37,733 nt of DNA from Escherichia coli (GCF_003334355.1 NZ_QOWP01000034.1), one strand, 5' to 3'. Shown: positions 1-9,817, counted from the stretch's first letter. The notes: generated by a model not told the origin, from the sequence alone. Translations and numbers: made by a program.

Positions 1-102
1 GCTGAACTGTTGCTGGAAGACTACAAAGCCTCCCTGAAATATCTCAGCGATCACCCGAAACTGCAGGGTATTGCCCAACAGAACAGCTTTAAACATACCT
101 GA
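1..102 (+). CDS. gadB: Glutamate decarboxylase, 3' end only (5' part lies outside the window)
   Basis: Frame 1 translates to [33 protein letters not shown] and stops at TGA 100-102. This matches the conserved C-terminal tail of E. coli GadA/GadB, and gadC follows as in the gadBC operon. Confidence 0.85.
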
Positions 103-122
103 TAACGTTTAACGGTAACGGT

Positions 123-148
123 GTCCCGAAACGAACCCGTTTCGGGAC
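123..148 (+). other. Perfect 10-bp stem / 6-nt loop hairpin between gadB and gadC (GTCCCGAAAC-GAACCC-GTTTCGGGAC)
   Basis: Inverted repeat read directly from the sequence. No T-tract follows, so it is more likely an intercistronic mRNA structure than a full terminator. Confidence 0.5.
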
Positions 149-257
149 AATTTCCAAAGTCTGTTCACTGGCATTAGCAACGGAAAATATTGTTCTGAAT
201 ACGCTTCAGAACAAAACAGGTGCGGTTCCGACAGGAATACCGTTTTAGGGGGATAAT

Positions 258-1793
258 ATGGCTACATCAGTACAGACAGGTAAAGCTAAGCAGCTCACAT
301 TACTTGGATTCTTTGCCATAACGGCATCGATGGTAATGGCTGTTTATGAATACCCTACCTTCGCAACATCGGGCTTTTCATTAGTCTTCTTCCTGCTATT
401 AGGCGGGATTTTATGGTTTATTCCCGTGGGACTTTGTGCTGCGGAAATGGCCACCGTCGACGGCTGGGAAGAAGGTGGTGTCTTCGCCTGGGTATCAAAT
501 ACTCTGGGGCCGAGATGGGGATTTGCAGCGATCTCATTTGGCTATCTGCAAATCGCCATTGGTTTTATTCCGATGCTCTATTTCGTGTTAGGGGCACTCT
601 CCTACATTCTGAAATGGCCAGCGCTGAATGAAGACCCCATTACCAAAACTATTGCAGCACTCATCATTCTTTGGGCGCTGGCATTAACGCAGTTTGGTGG
701 CACGAAATACACGGCGCGAATTGCTAAAGTTGGCTTCTTCGCCGGTATCCTGTTACCTGCATTTATTTTGATCGCATTAGCGGCTATTTATCTGCACTCC
801 GGTGCCCCCGTTGCTATCGAAATGGATTCGAAGACCTTCTTCCCTGACTTCTCTAAAGTGGGCACCCTGGTAGTATTTGTTGCCTTCATTTTGAGTTATA
901 TGGGCGTAGAAGCATCCGCAACCCACGTCAATGAAATGAGCAACCCAGGGCGCGACTATCCGTTGGCTATGTTACTGCTGATGGTGGCGGCAATCTGCTT
1001 AAGCTCTGTTGGTGGTTTGTCTATTGCGATGGTCATTCCGGGTAATGAAATCAACCTCTCCGCAGGGGTAATGCAAACCTTTACCGTTCTGATGTCCCAT
1101 GTGGCACCAGAAATTGAGTGGACGGTTCGCGTGATCTCCGCACTGCTGTTGCTGGGTGTTCTGGCGGAAATCGCCTCCTGGATTGTTGGTCCTTCTCGCG
1201 GGATGTATGTCACAGCGCAGAAAAACCTGCTGCCAGCGGCATTCGCTAAAATGAACAAAAATGGCGTACCGGTAACGCTGGTCATTTCGCAGCTGGTGAT
1301 TACGTCTATCGCGTTGATCATCCTCACCAATACCGGTGGCGGTAACAACATGTCCTTCCTGATCGCACTGGCGCTGACGGTGGTGATTTATCTGTGTGCT
1401 TATTTCATGCTGTTTATTGGCTACATTGTGTTGGTTCTTAAACATCCTGACTTAAAACGCACATTTAATATCCCTGGTGGTAAAGGGGTGAAACTGGTCG
1501 TGGCAATTGTCGGTCTGCTGACTTCAATTATGGCGTTTATTGTTTCCTTCCTGCCGCCGGATAACATCCAGGGTGATTCTACCGATATGTATGTTGAATT
1601 ACTGGTTGTTAGTTTCCTGGTGGTACTTGCCCTGCCCTTTATTCTCTATGCTGTTCATGATCGTAAAGGCAAAGCAAATACCGGCGTCACTCTGGAGCCA
1701 ATCAACAGTCAGAACGCACCAAAAGGTCACTTCTTCCTGCACCCGCGTGCACGTTCACCACACTATATTGTGATGAATGACAAGAAACACTAA
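258..1793 (+). CDS. gadC: Glutamate:GABA antiporter (APC family)
   Basis: 511-aa ORF, highly hydrophobic with multiple transmembrane segments. N-terminus [22 protein letters not shown] recognised as GadC. RBS GGGGGA upstream of the ATG. Lies immediately downstream of gadB. Confidence 0.95.
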   Translation: MATSVQTGKAKQLTLLGFFAITASMVMAVYEYPTFATSGFSLVFFLLLGGILWFIPVGLCAAEMATVDGWEEGGVFAWVSNTLGPRWGFAAISFGYLQIAIGFIPMLYFVLGALSYILKWPALNEDPITKTIAALIILWALALTQFGGTKYTARIAKVGFFAGILLPAFILIALAAIYLHSGAPVAIEMDSKTFFPDFSKVGTLVVFVAFILSYMGVEASATHVNEMSNPGRDYPLAMLLLMVAAICLSSVGGLSIAMVIPGNEINLSAGVMQTFTVLMSHVAPEIEWTVRVISALLLLGVLAEIASWIVGPSRGMYVTAQKNLLPAAFAKMNKNGVPVTLVISQLVITSIALIILTNTGGGNNMSFLIALALTVVIYLCAYFMLFIGYIVLVLKHPDLKRTFNIPGGKGVKLVVAIVGLLTSIMAFIVSFLPPDNIQGDSTDMYVELLVVSFLVVLALPFILYAVHDRKGKANTGVTLEPINSQNAPKGHFFLHPRARSPHYIVMNDKKH

Positions 1794-1818
1794 CCATGTC
1801 TGAATGGTTATAAGACAA

Positions 1819-1846
1819 GGGAGCGATAATTCATCGCTCCCTTTTT
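1819..1846 (+). terminator. Rho-independent terminator after gadC
   Basis: GGGAGCGAT-AATTC-ATCGCTCCC stem-loop followed by TTTTT, 25 nt after the gadC stop. Confidence 0.8.
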
Positions 1847-1923
1847 CGTGCTTGCTGTCGTATTGACTTAACGGGGATAAGTACGAGAATGAGCGCACAT
1901 CTGTTTACCGGAAACCAGCACAT

Positions 1924-3243
1924 ATGGATATCTGCTCCCGAAACGAGAAATTAGCGATTAGAAGACCGGCGATACTGGTTGCACTGGCACTTTTACTGTG
2001 TAGTTGTAAAAGCACGCCTCCAGAGTCCATGGTGACACCACCAGCGGGTTCAAAGCCACCAGCCACGACGCAACAATCGTCACAACCGATGCGTGGCATC
2101 TGGCTGGCCACGGTGTCTCGCCTCGACTGGCCACCGGTTTCCTCGGTTAACATTAGTAACCCCACCAGCCGGGCCCGTGTACAAAAACAGGCGATGATCG
2201 ACAAACTGGATCATCTGCAACGTCTCGGTATAAACACGGTCTTTTTCCAGGTCAAGCCGGACGGTACCGCCCTGTGGCCATCGAAAATTTTGCCGTGGTC
2301 CGATCTTATGACCGGTAAGATTGGTGAAAATCCGGGTTACGATCCGCTGCAATTTATGCTCGACGAAGCCCACAAGCGTGGGATGAAAGTACACGCCTGG
2401 TTTAACCCCTATCGCGTATCGGTTAATACGAAGCCCGGTACTATCAGGGAACTGAATAGCACTCTGTCTCAACAACCGGCGAGCGTCTATGTGCAACACC
2501 GCGACTGGATCAGAACGTCTGGCGATCGCTTTGTCCTCGACCCGGGCATCCCTGAGGTTCAGGACTGGATCACATCAATAGTCGCAGAAGTGGTTTCCCG
2601 CTATCCCGTAGATGGCGTGCAGTTTGACGACTATTTCTATACGGAGTCACCGGGTTCACGGCTAAATGATAACGAAACGTACCGTAAATACGGAGGCGCA
2701 TTTGCGTCAAAAGCAGACTGGCGGCGCAACAATACTCAGCAGTTAATTGCAAAGGTATCGCACACCATTAAAAGCATTAAGCCGGGAGTCGAATTTGGTG
2801 TTAGCCCGGCAGGCGTGTGGCGTAACCGATCACACGATCCGCTCGGTTCCGATACCCGAGGCGCGGCAGCCTATGACGAATCCTACGCTGACACCCGTCG
2901 ATGGGTGGAACAAGGATTGCTGGATTACATTGCTCCCCAAATTTACTGGCCGTTCTCACGGAGTGCCGCGCGTTATGACGTGTTGGCAAAATGGTGGGCG
3001 GATGTCGTTAAACCGACCAGGACCCGCCTGTATATCGGTATCGCCTTCTATAAAGTGGGTGAACCTTCAAAGATAGAGCCAGACTGGATGATTAACGGCG
3101 GCGTACCGGAACTGAAAAAGCAGCTCGATCTTAACGATGCTGTGCCCGAAATTAGCGGCACCATCTTGTTCCGTGAGGACTATCTGAATAAACCGCAGAC
3201 TCAACAAGCGGTCAGCTATCTGCAAAGTCGCTGGGGCAGTTAA
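1924..3243 (+). CDS. yddW: Lipoprotein glycoside-hydrolase-like protein (YddW; I recall it also being called DigH, a divisome-associated glycosyl hydrolase)
   Basis: 439-aa ORF with an N-terminal signal peptide and Cys-containing lipobox-like segment (LALLLCSCKS). Length and sequence match E. coli YddW. The exact start codon was not verified. Confidence 0.85.
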   Translation: MDICSRNEKLAIRRPAILVALALLLCSCKSTPPESMVTPPAGSKPPATTQQSSQPMRGIWLATVSRLDWPPVSSVNISNPTSRARVQKQAMIDKLDHLQRLGINTVFFQVKPDGTALWPSKILPWSDLMTGKIGENPGYDPLQFMLDEAHKRGMKVHAWFNPYRVSVNTKPGTIRELNSTLSQQPASVYVQHRDWIRTSGDRFVLDPGIPEVQDWITSIVAEVVSRYPVDGVQFDDYFYTESPGSRLNDNETYRKYGGAFASKADWRRNNTQQLIAKVSHTIKSIKPGVEFGVSPAGVWRNRSHDPLGSDTRGAAAYDESYADTRRWVEQGLLDYIAPQIYWPFSRSAARYDVLAKWWADVVKPTRTRLYIGIAFYKVGEPSKIEPDWMINGGVPELKKQLDLNDAVPEISGTILFREDYLNKPQTQQAVSYLQSRWGS

Positions 3244-3260
3244 ACTCCCATTCTTACTTT

Positions 3261-3295
3261 GTAACAAGCCGGTGCTTTACCCACCGGCTTGTTAC
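3261..3295 (+). terminator. 14-bp perfect hairpin downstream of yddW (GTAACAAGCCGGTG / CACCGGCTTGTTAC), terminator-like
   Basis: Perfect inverted repeat 17 nt after the yddW stop. No strong T-tract, so intrinsic-terminator function is uncertain. Confidence 0.5.
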
Positions 3296-3606
3296 CCTCT
3301 TAAACTATCCCACTAATAATCATGCTTACTTAAGTCAAATTAACCACACTTAGTTAAACAGCCATAAATCCCTAATAAAAATGTATGAATATGAAAAACC
3401 ATACGATATTCGCTGTCACCGAAAAATAATTACGATGGGCTATACTCTTCTGAAGAACAGTAGCGTAGATTGAAACTGTCCTAAATCGCTTATTTCTTTT
3501 CAGTATATCTTCATATTTCAGGAGAATATGGTGCAGTTAGTCGATCTCGCACGTTGCGTTTCATTTTGATTCCGTCTGATTTCCCAGCCTTATAAGGGTG
3601 TGAATT

Positions 3607-4989
3607 ATGGAGATGTATTTTAAAAGAATGAAAGATGAGTGGACCGGACTTGTCGAACAGGCAGATCCGCCCATTCGTGCTAAAGCCGCGGAAATTGCCG
3701 TTGCGCATGCTCATTATCTGAGTATCGAGTTTTATCGAATTGTCCGCATCGACCCGCATGCCGAAGAATTCTTGAGTAATGAACAAGTTGAGCGGCAGTT
3801 GAAGAGTGCGATGGAACGCTGGATTATTAACGTGCTTTCTGCCCAGGTTGACGATGTCGAAAGGCTAATACAAATCCAGCATACCGTCGCGGAAGTGCAT
3901 GCCCGCATAGGAATTCCGGTAGAAATTGTCGAGATGGGGTTTCGGGTGCTGAAAAAAATCCTCTATCCGGTGATCTTCTCTTCGGATTATTCCGCCGCAG
4001 AAAAACTTCAGGTCTACCATTTCTCGATTAACAGTATTGATATCGCGATGGAAGTGATGACTCGCGCGTTTACCTTTAGTGACAGTAGTGCCTCAAAGGA
4101 AGATGAAAACTATCGTATCTTCTCGTTACTGGAAAACGCCGAAGAAGAAAAAGAACGGCAAATAGCCTCAATACTTTCATGGGAAATAGATATTATCTAT
4201 AAAATCCTGCTGGATTCTGATTTAGGCAGTAGTTTGCCTTTAAGCCAGGCTGATTTTGGCCTGTGGTTTAACCATAAAGGTCGACATTATTTTAGTGGTA
4301 TTGCCGAAGTAGGCCATATCTCCCGTCTGATTCAGGATTTCGACGGTATTTTCAATCAAACCATGCGTAACACCAGAAATTTGAATAACAGAAGTCTGCG
4401 GGTGAAATTTTTATTACAGATAAGAAATACCGTATCGCAAATTATTACCTTGCTGCGTGAATTGTTTGAAGAAGTATCGCGCCACGAAGTCGGTATGGAT
4501 GTACTGACGAAATTACTTAACCGCCGTTTCCTACCGACTATCTTCAAACGCGAAATTGCCCATGCCAACCGGACCGGTACACCGCTGTCAGTGCTGATTA
4601 TTGACGTTGATAAATTCAAAGAGATCAACGATACGTGGGGCCATAACACTGGTGATGAAATTCTGCGTAAAGTCTCTCAGGCCTTTTATGACAACGTCCG
4701 CAGTAGTGATTATGTTTTCCGCTACGGGGGCGATGAATTTATCATTGTTTTGACTGAAGCTTCTGAAAACGAAACGTTACGTACCGCAGAACGTATTCGC
4801 AGTCGGGTGGAGAAAACCAAACTGAAAGCCGCAAACGGCGAAGATATTGCCCTCTCACTTTCCATCGGTGCCGCCATGTTTAATGGTCATCCTGACTATG
4901 AGCGCCTCATTCAAATAGCCGATGAAGCTCTGTATATCGCCAAAAGACGAGGTAGAAACCGTGTTGAACTCTGGAAAGCCAGTCTTTAG
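3607..4989 (+). CDS. dosC: Diguanylate cyclase with N-terminal globin-type sensor domain (oxygen-sensing DGC)
   Basis: 460-aa ORF with a GGDEF active-site motif (RYGGDEFIIV) in the C-terminal half. Recognised as DosC (YddV). Immediately precedes dosP. Confidence 0.93.
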   Translation: MEMYFKRMKDEWTGLVEQADPPIRAKAAEIAVAHAHYLSIEFYRIVRIDPHAEEFLSNEQVERQLKSAMERWIINVLSAQVDDVERLIQIQHTVAEVHARIGIPVEIVEMGFRVLKKILYPVIFSSDYSAAEKLQVYHFSINSIDIAMEVMTRAFTFSDSSASKEDENYRIFSLLENAEEEKERQIASILSWEIDIIYKILLDSDLGSSLPLSQADFGLWFNHKGRHYFSGIAEVGHISRLIQDFDGIFNQTMRNTRNLNNRSLRVKFLLQIRNTVSQIITLLRELFEEVSRHEVGMDVLTKLLNRRFLPTIFKREIAHANRTGTPLSVLIIDVDKFKEINDTWGHNTGDEILRKVSQAFYDNVRSSDYVFRYGGDEFIIVLTEASENETLRTAERIRSRVEKTKLKAANGEDIALSLSIGAAMFNGHPDYERLIQIADEALYIAKRRGRNRVELWKASL

Positions 4990-5013
4990 ATGCGCCAGGA
5001 TGCAGAGGTAATC

Positions 5014-7413
5014 ATGAAGCTAACCGATGCGGATAATGCCGCCGATGGCATTTTTTTCCCCGCCCTTGAGCAAAATATGATGGGTGCGGTGTTAATTAAC
5101 GAAAATGATGAAGTGATGTTTTTCAACCCCGCCGCAGAGAAGCTCTGGGGATACAAACGTGAAGAAGTCATTGGCAATAACATTGATATGCTGATTCCGC
5201 GGGATTTGCGTCCTGCGCATCCTGAATACATTCGTCACAACCGTGAAGGCGGTAAAGCGCGTGTTGAGGGGATGAGTCGGGAGCTGCAGCTGGAGAAAAA
5301 AGACGGCAGTAAAATCTGGACCCGTTTTGCGCTATCGAAAGTGAGCGCCGAGGGGAAAGTTTATTACCTGGCGCTGGTACGGGATGCCAGCGTAGAAATG
5401 GCGCAAAAAGAACAGACCCGACAATTGATTATTGCCGTTGACCATCTCGACCGACCGGTGATTGTCCTCGATCCGGAACGCCATATTGTGCAGTGCAATC
5501 GCGCATTTACCGAAATGTTTGGTTACTGCATTAGCGAAGCCAGCGGTATGCAGCCCGATACACTCCTGAACATTCCTGAATTCCCTGCCGATAACCGCAT
5601 TCGTTTACAACAGTTGCTATGGAAAACCGCCCACGATCAGGACGAATTTCTGCTGTTGACGCGCACCGGTGAAAAAATCTGGATTAAAGCCTCTATCAGC
5701 CCGGTTTATGACGTGCTCGCGCATCTGCAGAACCTGGTAATGACTTTCTCGGATATCACCGAAGAACGGCAGATTCGCCAGCTTGAAGGCAATATTCTCG
5801 CCGCCATGTGCAGCAGCCCGCCATTTCATGAAATGGGGGAAATCATTTGTCGTAACATCGAATCTGTACTCAACGAATCGCATGTTTCGCTGTTCGCACT
5901 GCGCAACGGGATGCCGATACACTGGGCGTCATCTTCCCACGGTGCAGAAATTCAAAATGCGCAAAGCTGGTCAGCGACCATTCGTCAGCGTGATGGCGCG
6001 CCTGCGGGGATCCTGCAAATTAAAACCTCGTCAGGAGCAGAAACCAGCGCCTTTATCGAACGCGTGGCAGATATCAGCCAGCATATGGCCGCGCTGGCGC
6101 TGGAACAGGAAAAAAGCCGTCAGCATATTGAACAACTCATCCAATTTGATCCGATGACCGGTCTGCCAAATCGCAATAACCTGCACAATTACCTCGATGA
6201 CCTGGTCGACAAAGCCGTCTCTCCCGTGGTGTATCTCATCGGTGTTGACCATATTCAGGATGTGATTGATAGCCTTGGCTATGCGTGGGCCGATCAGGCA
6301 TTGCTGGAAGTGGTCAATCGCTTTCGTGAAAAACTCAAACCGGATCAGTATCTCTGTCGTATCGAAGGTACGCAGTTTGTCCTCGTGAGCCTCGAAAACG
6401 ACGTCAGTAACATTACCCAAATCGCCGATGAGCTACGGAATGTGGTCAGCAAGCCGATAATGATTGACGATAAACCCTTCCCGCTTACCTTGAGTATTGG
6501 CATCAGCTACGACCTGGGTAAAAACCGCGATTACTTGCTCTCCACTGCTCACAATGCAATGGATTATATTCGCAAGAATGGCGGTAACGGCTGGCAGTTC
6601 TTCAGCCCGGCGATGAACGAAATGGTAAAAGAGCGTTTGGTTTTAGGCGCAGCGCTGAAAGAAGCGATTAGCAATAACCAACTGAAACTGGTTTACCAGC
6701 CGCAAATATTCGCAGAAACGGGTGAACTGTACGGCATCGAAGCCCTTGCTCGCTGGCACGATCCCCTGCATGGTCATGTGCCCCCTTCACGGTTTATTCC
6801 TCTCGCAGAAGAGATTGGTGAAATCGAAAATATTGGGCGCTGGGTCATCGCGGAAGCTTGCCGTCAGTTAGCAGAATGGCGTAGCCAGAATATTCATATC
6901 CCGGCGTTATCCGTGAACTTGTCGGCGCTGCACTTTCGCAGTAATCAACTGCCTAATCAGGTGTCTGATGCAATGCACGCCTGGGGTATTGACGGCCACC
7001 AGCTGACGGTAGAAATCACGGAAAGCATGATGATGGAACACGATACCGAAATCTTTAAGCGCATTCAGATCCTGCGTGATATGGGCGTGGGCTTATCGGT
7101 AGATGATTTTGGTACGGGCTTTTCCGGATTATCCCGCTTAGTCAGTCTTCCGGTAACGGAAATCAAAATTGACAAAAGTTTTGTCGATCGTTGTCTGACC
7201 GAAAAACGCATCCTTGCCTTACTTGAAGCCATTACCAGCATTGGGCAAAGCCTCAATTTAACCGTCGTGGCGGAAGGCGTCGAAACCAAAGAGCAATTTG
7301 AGATGCTACGCAAGATCCACTGTCGCGTTATTCAGGGATATTTCTTTTCCCGCCCCCTACCCGCCGAAGAAATTCCAGGCTGGATGAGCAGCGTGTTACC
7401 GCTGAAAATCTGA
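5014..7413 (+). CDS. dosP: Heme-PAS oxygen-sensing c-di-GMP phosphodiesterase (PAS-PAS-GGDEF-like-EAL)
   Basis: 799 aa from ATG 5014 (MKLTDADNAADGIFFPALEQ...). EAL motif (YGIEALARW) in the C-terminal domain. The ORF-track start at 4990 is an upstream in-frame extension that overlaps the dosC stop. Confidence 0.93.
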   Translation: MKLTDADNAADGIFFPALEQNMMGAVLINENDEVMFFNPAAEKLWGYKREEVIGNNIDMLIPRDLRPAHPEYIRHNREGGKARVEGMSRELQLEKKDGSKIWTRFALSKVSAEGKVYYLALVRDASVEMAQKEQTRQLIIAVDHLDRPVIVLDPERHIVQCNRAFTEMFGYCISEASGMQPDTLLNIPEFPADNRIRLQQLLWKTAHDQDEFLLLTRTGEKIWIKASISPVYDVLAHLQNLVMTFSDITEERQIRQLEGNILAAMCSSPPFHEMGEIICRNIESVLNESHVSLFALRNGMPIHWASSSHGAEIQNAQSWSATIRQRDGAPAGILQIKTSSGAETSAFIERVADISQHMAALALEQEKSRQHIEQLIQFDPMTGLPNRNNLHNYLDDLVDKAVSPVVYLIGVDHIQDVIDSLGYAWADQALLEVVNRFREKLKPDQYLCRIEGTQFVLVSLENDVSNITQIADELRNVVSKPIMIDDKPFPLTLSIGISYDLGKNRDYLLSTAHNAMDYIRKNGGNGWQFFSPAMNEMVKERLVLGAALKEAISNNQLKLVYQPQIFAETGELYGIEALARWHDPLHGHVPPSRFIPLAEEIGEIENIGRWVIAEACRQLAEWRSQNIHIPALSVNLSALHFRSNQLPNQVSDAMHAWGIDGHQLTVEITESMMMEHDTEIFKRIQILRDMGVGLSVDDFGTGFSGLSRLVSLPVTEIKIDKSFVDRCLTEKRILALLEAITSIGQSLNLTVVAEGVETKEQFEMLRKIHCRVIQGYFFSRPLPAEEIPGWMSSVLPLKI

Positions 7414-7426
7414 CAAATTCCTCTCG

Positions 7427-7444
7427 CCCGCACTCGCGGGTTTT
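7427..7444 (+). terminator. Short GC hairpin plus T-tract after dosP (CCCGC-ACTC-GCGGG-TTTT)
   Basis: Read from the sequence, 14 nt after the dosP stop. The stem is only 5 bp, so strength is modest. Confidence 0.55.
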
Positions 7445-7610
7445 CATTTAACGTGACACTGTCACTTAAATACTGTGATTTCAGCTACGATTCCGGGAGA
7501 TTCCTTCCTTAACTTCCCCTCTTGCACCAAAACTGCACTACGCTGCACAAATGTTGATCAAAAGTTAAAAAATATAACTTTAAGCCAGCATTCTGGCGCT
7601 TATCCCGGCA

Positions 7611-7626
7611 TGGCATGAGATCTGCA
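7611..7626 (+). promoter_or_regulatory. Sigma-54 (RpoN) -24/-12 type promoter upstream of ddpX (TGGCAT-N5-CTGCA)
   Basis: TGGCATGAGATCTGCA has GG and GC separated by exactly 10 nt, matching the sigma-54 consensus TGGCACG-N4-TTGCA at most positions. Located 45-60 nt upstream of the ddpX ATG. A GCAC-rich cluster at 7523-7549 resembles NtrC-type enhancer half-sites. Confidence 0.6.
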
Positions 7627-7670
7627 TAAGCGGAAAGCGCAGCAATTTTTGTCTTATACAGGAACCGTTT

Positions 7671-8252
7671 ATGTCGGATACCACCGAACTGGTTGATTTA
7701 GCCGTAATCTTCCCTGATCTGGAGATCGAATTGAAATACGCCTGCGCTGATAACATCACAGGTAAAGCTATTTATCAGCAAGCGCGTTGTCTGTTACACA
7801 AGGATGCGATTACCGCGCTGGCGAAAAGTATCAGCATCGCCCAGCTGTCAGGGTTACAACTGGTGATTTACGATGCGTATCGCCCACAACAAGCACAGGC
7901 GATGTTGTGGCAAGCCTGCCCAGACCCGCAATATGTTGTTGATGTGACGGTCGGTTCTAATCACAGCCGTGGCACGGCGATCGACCTGACGCTTCGTGAT
8001 GAGCACGGGAACATCCTCGATATGGGCGCAGGGTTCGATGAAATGCACGAGCGCTCCCATGCCTATCACCCTTCCGTCCCGCCCGCCGCTCAGCGCAATC
8101 GGCTGTTGCTGAATGCGATAATGACTGGTGGCGGTTTTGTCGGTATCTCCAGCGAATGGTGGCACTTCGAATTACCCCAGGCAGCGAGTTACCCTCTGCT
8201 CGCTGATCAATTCTCTTGTTTTATATCCCCTGGCACACAGCACGTCAGTTAA
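7671..8252 (+). CDS. ddpX: D-Ala-D-Ala dipeptidase (VanX homolog, Zn-dependent)
   Basis: 193-aa ORF. The SNHSRGTAIDLT and EWWHFE segments are typical of the VanX/DdpX family. First gene of the ddp operon. Confidence 0.93.
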   Translation: MSDTTELVDLAVIFPDLEIELKYACADNITGKAIYQQARCLLHKDAITALAKSISIAQLSGLQLVIYDAYRPQQAQAMLWQACPDPQYVVDVTVGSNHSRGTAIDLTLRDEHGNILDMGAGFDEMHERSHAYHPSVPPAAQRNRLLLNAIMTGGGFVGISSEWWHFELPQAASYPLLADQFSCFISPGTQHVS

Positions 8253-8265
8253 TCAGGAAACTGTC

Positions 8266-9816
8266 ATGAAGAGATCGATATCGTTTCGTCCCACATTGCT
8301 CGCGCTCGTCCTTGCCACAAATTTCCCGGTTGCGCACGCCGCCGTACCAAAAGATATGCTGGTGATTGGTAAGGCCGCCGATCCACAAACCCTCGACCCG
8401 GCGGTAACAATAGATAATAACGACTGGACAGTGACCTACCCGTCTTATCAGCGGCTGGTTCAGTACAAAACGGACGGTGATAAAGGCTCAACCGACGTTG
8501 AAGGCGATCTGGCAAGTAGCTGGAAAGCGTCTGACGATCAAAAAGAGTGGACGTTCACCCTGAAAGATAATGCTAAATTTGCCGATGGCACACCTGTCAC
8601 TGCCGAAGCAGTAAAACTTTCTTTTGAGCGGCTACTAAAAATCGGCCAGGGGCCAGCAGAAGCATTTCCCAAAGATTTAAAGATTGATGCTCCCGACGAA
8701 CATACGGTGAAGTTTACCCTTAGCCAACCATTCGCACCGTTCCTCTACACGCTGGCGAATGACGGTGCATCCATTATCAATCCGGCGGTCTTAAAGGAAC
8801 ATGCAGCGGATGATGCTCGCGGCTTCCTCGCGCAAAATACCGCCGGTTCCGGACCATTTATGCTGAAAAGCTGGCAAAAAGGTCAGCAATTAGTTCTGGT
8901 GCCAAATCCGCATTACCCAGGCAATAAACCGAACTTCAAACGGGTATCGGTAAAAATTATTGGTGAAAGTGCCTCCCGTCGCCTGCAGCTCTCCCGTGGC
9001 GACATTGACATTGCCGATGCGCTGCCGGTGGATCAACTCAACGCCCTGAAGCAGGAAAATAAAGTCAATGTGGCAGAGTATCCGTCACTGCGCGTTACCT
9101 ATCTGTATCTGAATAACAGCAAAGCGCCTCTTAATCAGGCGGATCTGCGTCGGGCCATTTCCTGGTCTACCGATTATCAGGGCATGGTTAACGGCATTCT
9201 GAGTGGTAACGGAAAACAGATGCGCGGCCCGATTCCGGAAGGCATGTGGGGCTACGATGCGACGGCAATGCAATACAACCATGACGAAACGAAAGCCAAA
9301 GCCGAATGGGATAAAGTGACGAGCAAACCCACCAGCCTGACGTTTCTCTACTCCGATAACGATCCGAACTGGGAGCCTATTGCTCTGGCGACACAATCCA
9401 GTCTCAACAAGCTGGGCATCATTGTGAAGCTGGAAAAGCTGGCGAACGCCACCATGCGCGACAGAGTGGGTAAAGGTGATTACGACATTGCGATTGGCAA
9501 CTGGAGTCCGGATTTTGCCGACCCGTATATGTTTATGAATTACTGGTTTGAGTCAGACAAAAAAGGTCTGCCGGGTAACCGCTCGTTCTATGAAAACAGT
9601 GAGGTCGATAAGTTACTGCGCAATGCGCTTGCGACCACCGACCAGACGCAGCGTACCCGGGACTACCAGCAGGCACAGAAAATCGTCATTGATGACGCTG
9701 CTTATGTGTACCTGTTCCAGAAAAACTACCAACTGGCGATGAACAAAGAGGTGAAAGGCTTTGTGTTCAATCCCATGCTGGAACAGGTCTTCAATATCAA
9801 TACCATGAGTAAATAA
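8266..9816 (+). CDS. ddpA: Periplasmic dipeptide-binding protein of ABC transporter (family 5 SBP)
   Basis: 516 aa from ATG 8266, with signal peptide MKRSISFRPTLLALVLATNFPVAHAA. The ORF-track start at 8128 is an upstream extension that overlaps ddpX. Confidence 0.93.
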   Translation: MKRSISFRPTLLALVLATNFPVAHAAVPKDMLVIGKAADPQTLDPAVTIDNNDWTVTYPSYQRLVQYKTDGDKGSTDVEGDLASSWKASDDQKEWTFTLKDNAKFADGTPVTAEAVKLSFERLLKIGQGPAEAFPKDLKIDAPDEHTVKFTLSQPFAPFLYTLANDGASIINPAVLKEHAADDARGFLAQNTAGSGPFMLKSWQKGQQLVLVPNPHYPGNKPNFKRVSVKIIGESASRRLQLSRGDIDIADALPVDQLNALKQENKVNVAEYPSLRVTYLYLNNSKAPLNQADLRRAISWSTDYQGMVNGILSGNGKQMRGPIPEGMWGYDATAMQYNHDETKAKAEWDKVTSKPTSLTFLYSDNDPNWEPIALATQSSLNKLGIIVKLEKLANATMRDRVGKGDYDIAIGNWSPDFADPYMFMNYWFESDKKGLPGNRSFYENSEVDKLLRNALATTDQTQRTRDYQQAQKIVIDDAAYVYLFQKNYQLAMNKEVKGFVFNPMLEQVFNINTMSK

Positions 9817-9817
9817 C

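Noticed and set aside
413-1773. Small ORFs embedded in or antisense to gadC (413-631, 956-1351, 999-1445, 1540-1773)
   Set aside because: Alternate-frame or antisense ORFs inside a confidently called transporter gene, with no motifs.
8128-8265. Upstream in-frame extensions suggested by the ORF track (ddpA here; likewise dosP 4990, maeA 15051, adhP 16879, narU 26467, narZ 27922, yddH 36624, fdnI to 19273, pptA to 37559)
   Set aside because: The extensions overlap the preceding gene or lack an RBS. The internal starts give canonical N-termini (signal peptide, known first residues) and exact family lengths, so the internal starts were used.
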